From Flaccisagitta enflata (Eukaryota), in NCBI GenBank assembly GCA_965153355.1, contig OZ231126.1, positions 20,088,001-20,152,000 on the forward strand: a stretch of 64,000 nt of DNA, given 5' to 3'. The notes beneath the pieces were generated by a model. It was not told the origin of the DNA. It saw nothing but the letters and a program-made list of their open reading frames with translations, and did not search any database. Both the position numbers and the translations under genes were made by a program. How positions within the stretch are numbered: the first letter of the stretch is position 1; each line of letters opens with the position of its first letter. This document shows positions 61,082 to 64,000 of this stretch, one piece after another.

Positions 61082-63048
61082 AGGTTGATTTTATTGATTT
61101 ATCTTAAGTGTCGTTCACGCATCCGTTTATCTACAACTGAGTGAACTCTTTTTTACCGTGTTTAAGTGCATGGACCCGTGATCGCTTCTCGTCCTCCTGG
61201 TTCTAGGAGCGATCATCGGCGACACTTCCTCTTTTCCCGCCGCCGCCGCCGCCGCCGCCGTCGTTATATCCGTCGCGCTTTTACTTCGACGCCGAGGGTT
61301 GAAGGTGACAGCCTTTTCCGCGTCTTCCGCTTTCAAAGAATTTCCGTCACCTGTCGCGCTTCCAGACGACGATGCTCCGCCTGCTGCTCCGCCTGCTGCT
61401 CCGCCTGCTGCTCCTGCTGCTGCTTTTCCGTTAGCCATTTGTTGCTCCAGTGCTTCCAACTTAAGCATAATCAGATTGAATTCAGTTTTGTCCATCGTGG
61501 CGACATCTGAAAACCGGAAAAAAGATTTCTCTTATTTTCAAATCAAATTACTACGATCAAGTTACGATCAAGTTACTACGATATATTTCGAGCATCACGC
61601 ACTTTTTTCAAGGGTTATAGCCTGAGAACAACAAAATTCAATCATTTCAATTTTTTTCCCCTATTTATTTTTACCCCAAGAAAAGAATTTTGATTTTTGT
61701 TCTCCCAATTTAATAACTCCTTTCATTTCGAATATAGTAAAGCCCTTGGCCTTGAACCTTTTGTCGGAGATTTGGCTGTTCTCACTGTCAAAAGGGATTG
61801 ACCACTTTTAGTGCTTTTCCCGCTGTGTTCAGAACCCAACTTCTTCACAGGCGTTATTTTTACATCTGGAAAGACAAACATTGATCAGAAAAAAAATCCA
61901 AGTTTCATGAACACACAAGCGTTATATCCGCTGTTGCCTCACAACCGTTGCTTTAACTGAAAACAACCACAAATTATTTCACCAACCGTAATTCTTTTTA
62001 GTCTTCTGTACGCGACTCTACAACCCGCTTTGTCCGTCCGTCCGTCCGTCCGTCCGTCGGTCAGTCCGTCGGTCGGTCTGTCAAACTTTACTTTTTTCAT
62101 TTTTTCGGCGTTTATCGGTGATTATTGCATTACTGCTCCTGCCCAAATGCATGGATAGCCTTTTTTATCACTGCCCCTGCCCACCAGCACGCGACTAAGG
62201 TAGCCGTGTATCCGGCCTTGTTTCAAAATACGACCTCATTCTAAACCACTGACAACAAGAGAAACAAGGTCATTAGACCTAAGGCGCGTGCGTCGGCATT
62301 TACAAAAAAAGTCAGGCAGACAGACTGACAAACAATTTTTTTCTCAAAAAGACATTTGAAATGGCTGTTTACTCCATAAAGTTTCTTCTCTACCATTCAG
62401 AGACATAAAAAACGCATTAAAAAACCTTTAAAAGTGTTTTGTGACGGACCGACCGATCGACGGACCGACCGAAAAGTGGCTTATAGAGTCGCGTAGCACG
62501 CGACTAAGAAGTAAGATGTTACAGTGCATTGACATTGAATCGTCACCTGGCACTGCCAACGGGGAATCCGCTCTCCTGTAATAAAAAACAAGAATTTGTA
62601 CATTTTGAAATATGATTTTGTCAATTATCTTGCGCATTTGTTTCCAAATATATGTTAATCATCGATGAGAAAACTTACTTCTTCTTTTTCTTCGATTTTG
62701 AATCTTCATCGCCTTCTTACCCAAAATCCTCGTCATTATCTCGATCTTCTTCGTCGTCCTCTGCCTCTTCCTCTTCATCTTCCTCCTCTTCATCATCCTC
62801 TTCCTTTTCGACGACCGTCTTGGGCGTTCCTCTCCACGGCGCCCACCCTTTGTCGGCGCTACCGCCTCCAGTATCCCCATCCTCTTTTGATCGACCATCC
62901 TCAAACCGTTCGTCAGCTTCCGGTTCCAAGTCGACGGGTTCATGCAACGCCTTCGACCCGAGGGCGTTTGTCTCACGCGCTTTTTTATTGAGTTTTGCGA
63001 TTTGATTGCGACGCGTTTGATGCATTTCGCTACGAGACGGCTTGCGTG
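56359..63048 (-). CDS. kelch-repeat protein with long acidic/low-complexity N-terminus; 5' exon(s) not identified
   Basis: Phase-compatible GT-AG exons: 63048-62721, 62575-62547, 61865-61758, 61506-61157, 60970-60787, 60574-60400, 60166-59930, 58625-58354, 58091-58023, 57822-57712, 57066-56946, 56461-56359. Kelch motifs VVAGGY, IYIIGG, IYAVGG, VVAGG, ILAGG, FYVGG. Confidence 0.9.
57315..57670. repeat. (CTTG)n/(CTTT)n microsatellite
   Basis: Directly visible. Similar simple repeats occur throughout the window. Confidence 0.97.
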
Positions 63049-63223
63049 CTGATGAATGAATGGAAGAAAGAGTTGAATTATGTTTGGGAAAAAGAAGATG
63101 ATGAATAATAATGGTAAGACGCGAGCCTTACAAAATTACCAATAAAGGCGACTAATCGCCGTAGGAAAAAAGTCGTAAATGTTGAGAGAAAGAAAGAGAG
63201 AAAGAGAGAAAGAGAGAAAGAGA

Positions 63224-63317
<94 letters not shown>

Positions 63318-64000
63318 CCAATAGTTCATCATTAAAAACTATGAGCAAGCAGAGTAAAATGTGAGTGACTTTAGAGCTAGCGTTATAGAAATCAGAGTAA
63401 ATAAGCATAAAATTAGGATCAATGAAAAATATTGATCTTGGGGAAAAATGTGAAAAAATAAAAAAAATAAAAAAATCATAGCTTGGTACCCTTTTAAAGA
63501 AATAAATCAGCTCTTTCTTAGCTATTAATTTCATGCGTAGTACCATTCATCCCCAAAAATTAACCAACTTCCTCAAACTCTCATGAGTTCCAGGTAAAGT
63601 CAAAACCCAGCAAAATTGAGGGAGGCTCCTGGAGTGACAGATAATCAGTTCTGAAGTGTTTTTGTACTTCGTTTTTCTCAAGAATTTATTCTTTTCTATG
63701 AAAAAGTTATTCACAAAAATAAGGCTGTCAGACTATTCTCTCATTCATCATAGTCGGTATAAACAACAAAGTTAAAGGGTGATTTTTGACTGAGGATCGT
63801 TGTTCTAGTTTAAAGAATTGACACAAATTGACACAAAAGTAACAAAAATGTAACATGAACAGATTTTGACAGATATCTTTTGGGAAAGTTTTTTTTCTTT
63901 CTCTCAATGAACAATGCAATCATCAGCGAATAGTTTTGTGTGATAGTTTTGGTGGCAGCTGTCGTTTGTTTGTTAGCAACCACATATAGTCAGGGCACAC

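Noticed and set aside
56359-63048. Kelch gene as a RAG2-like partner of the CAC-ended elements
   Set aside because: It lies outside both elements, has canonical GG kelch repeats and many introns, and has no PHD finger.

Overview
Animal (spliceosomal, invertebrate-like) genomic DNA dominated by nested transposable elements around two convergent host loci. On + is a Cys-rich, probably type-I membrane protein locus with two copies of a 'Y-x-W-C-W-V..W-D-Y-C-C' module (exons 11772-23623 and 53667-55370). On - is a kelch-repeat gene (56359->63048, 11 exons in window). Target-site duplications (TSDs) and terminal inverted repeats (TIRs) resolve most of the nesting. A degenerate DIRS-type retrotransposon occupies 1-5260. 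A hAT MITE (8-bp TSD) holds a Chapaev-like element (4-bp TSD). One CR1-type LINE is split in three by a 14.3-kb hAT element, which carries a Tx1/L1-type LINE with an esterase ORF1, and by a 10-kb Transib/RAG-like element. Many Helentron-type (HINE/DINE-1-like) repeats are scattered throughout. Two CAC-heptamer, 5-bp-TSD elements stand out. The first (19992-23541) has asymmetric RSS-like ends (heptamer + 12 or 22 nt + A-tract) and splits a coding exon of the Cys-rich gene. The second (42363-52430) has CACTATG-type ends and carries decayed tandem Ig I-set exons. No Transib/RAG1 transposase was found in the window. All calls are from manual reading; no database searches were run.
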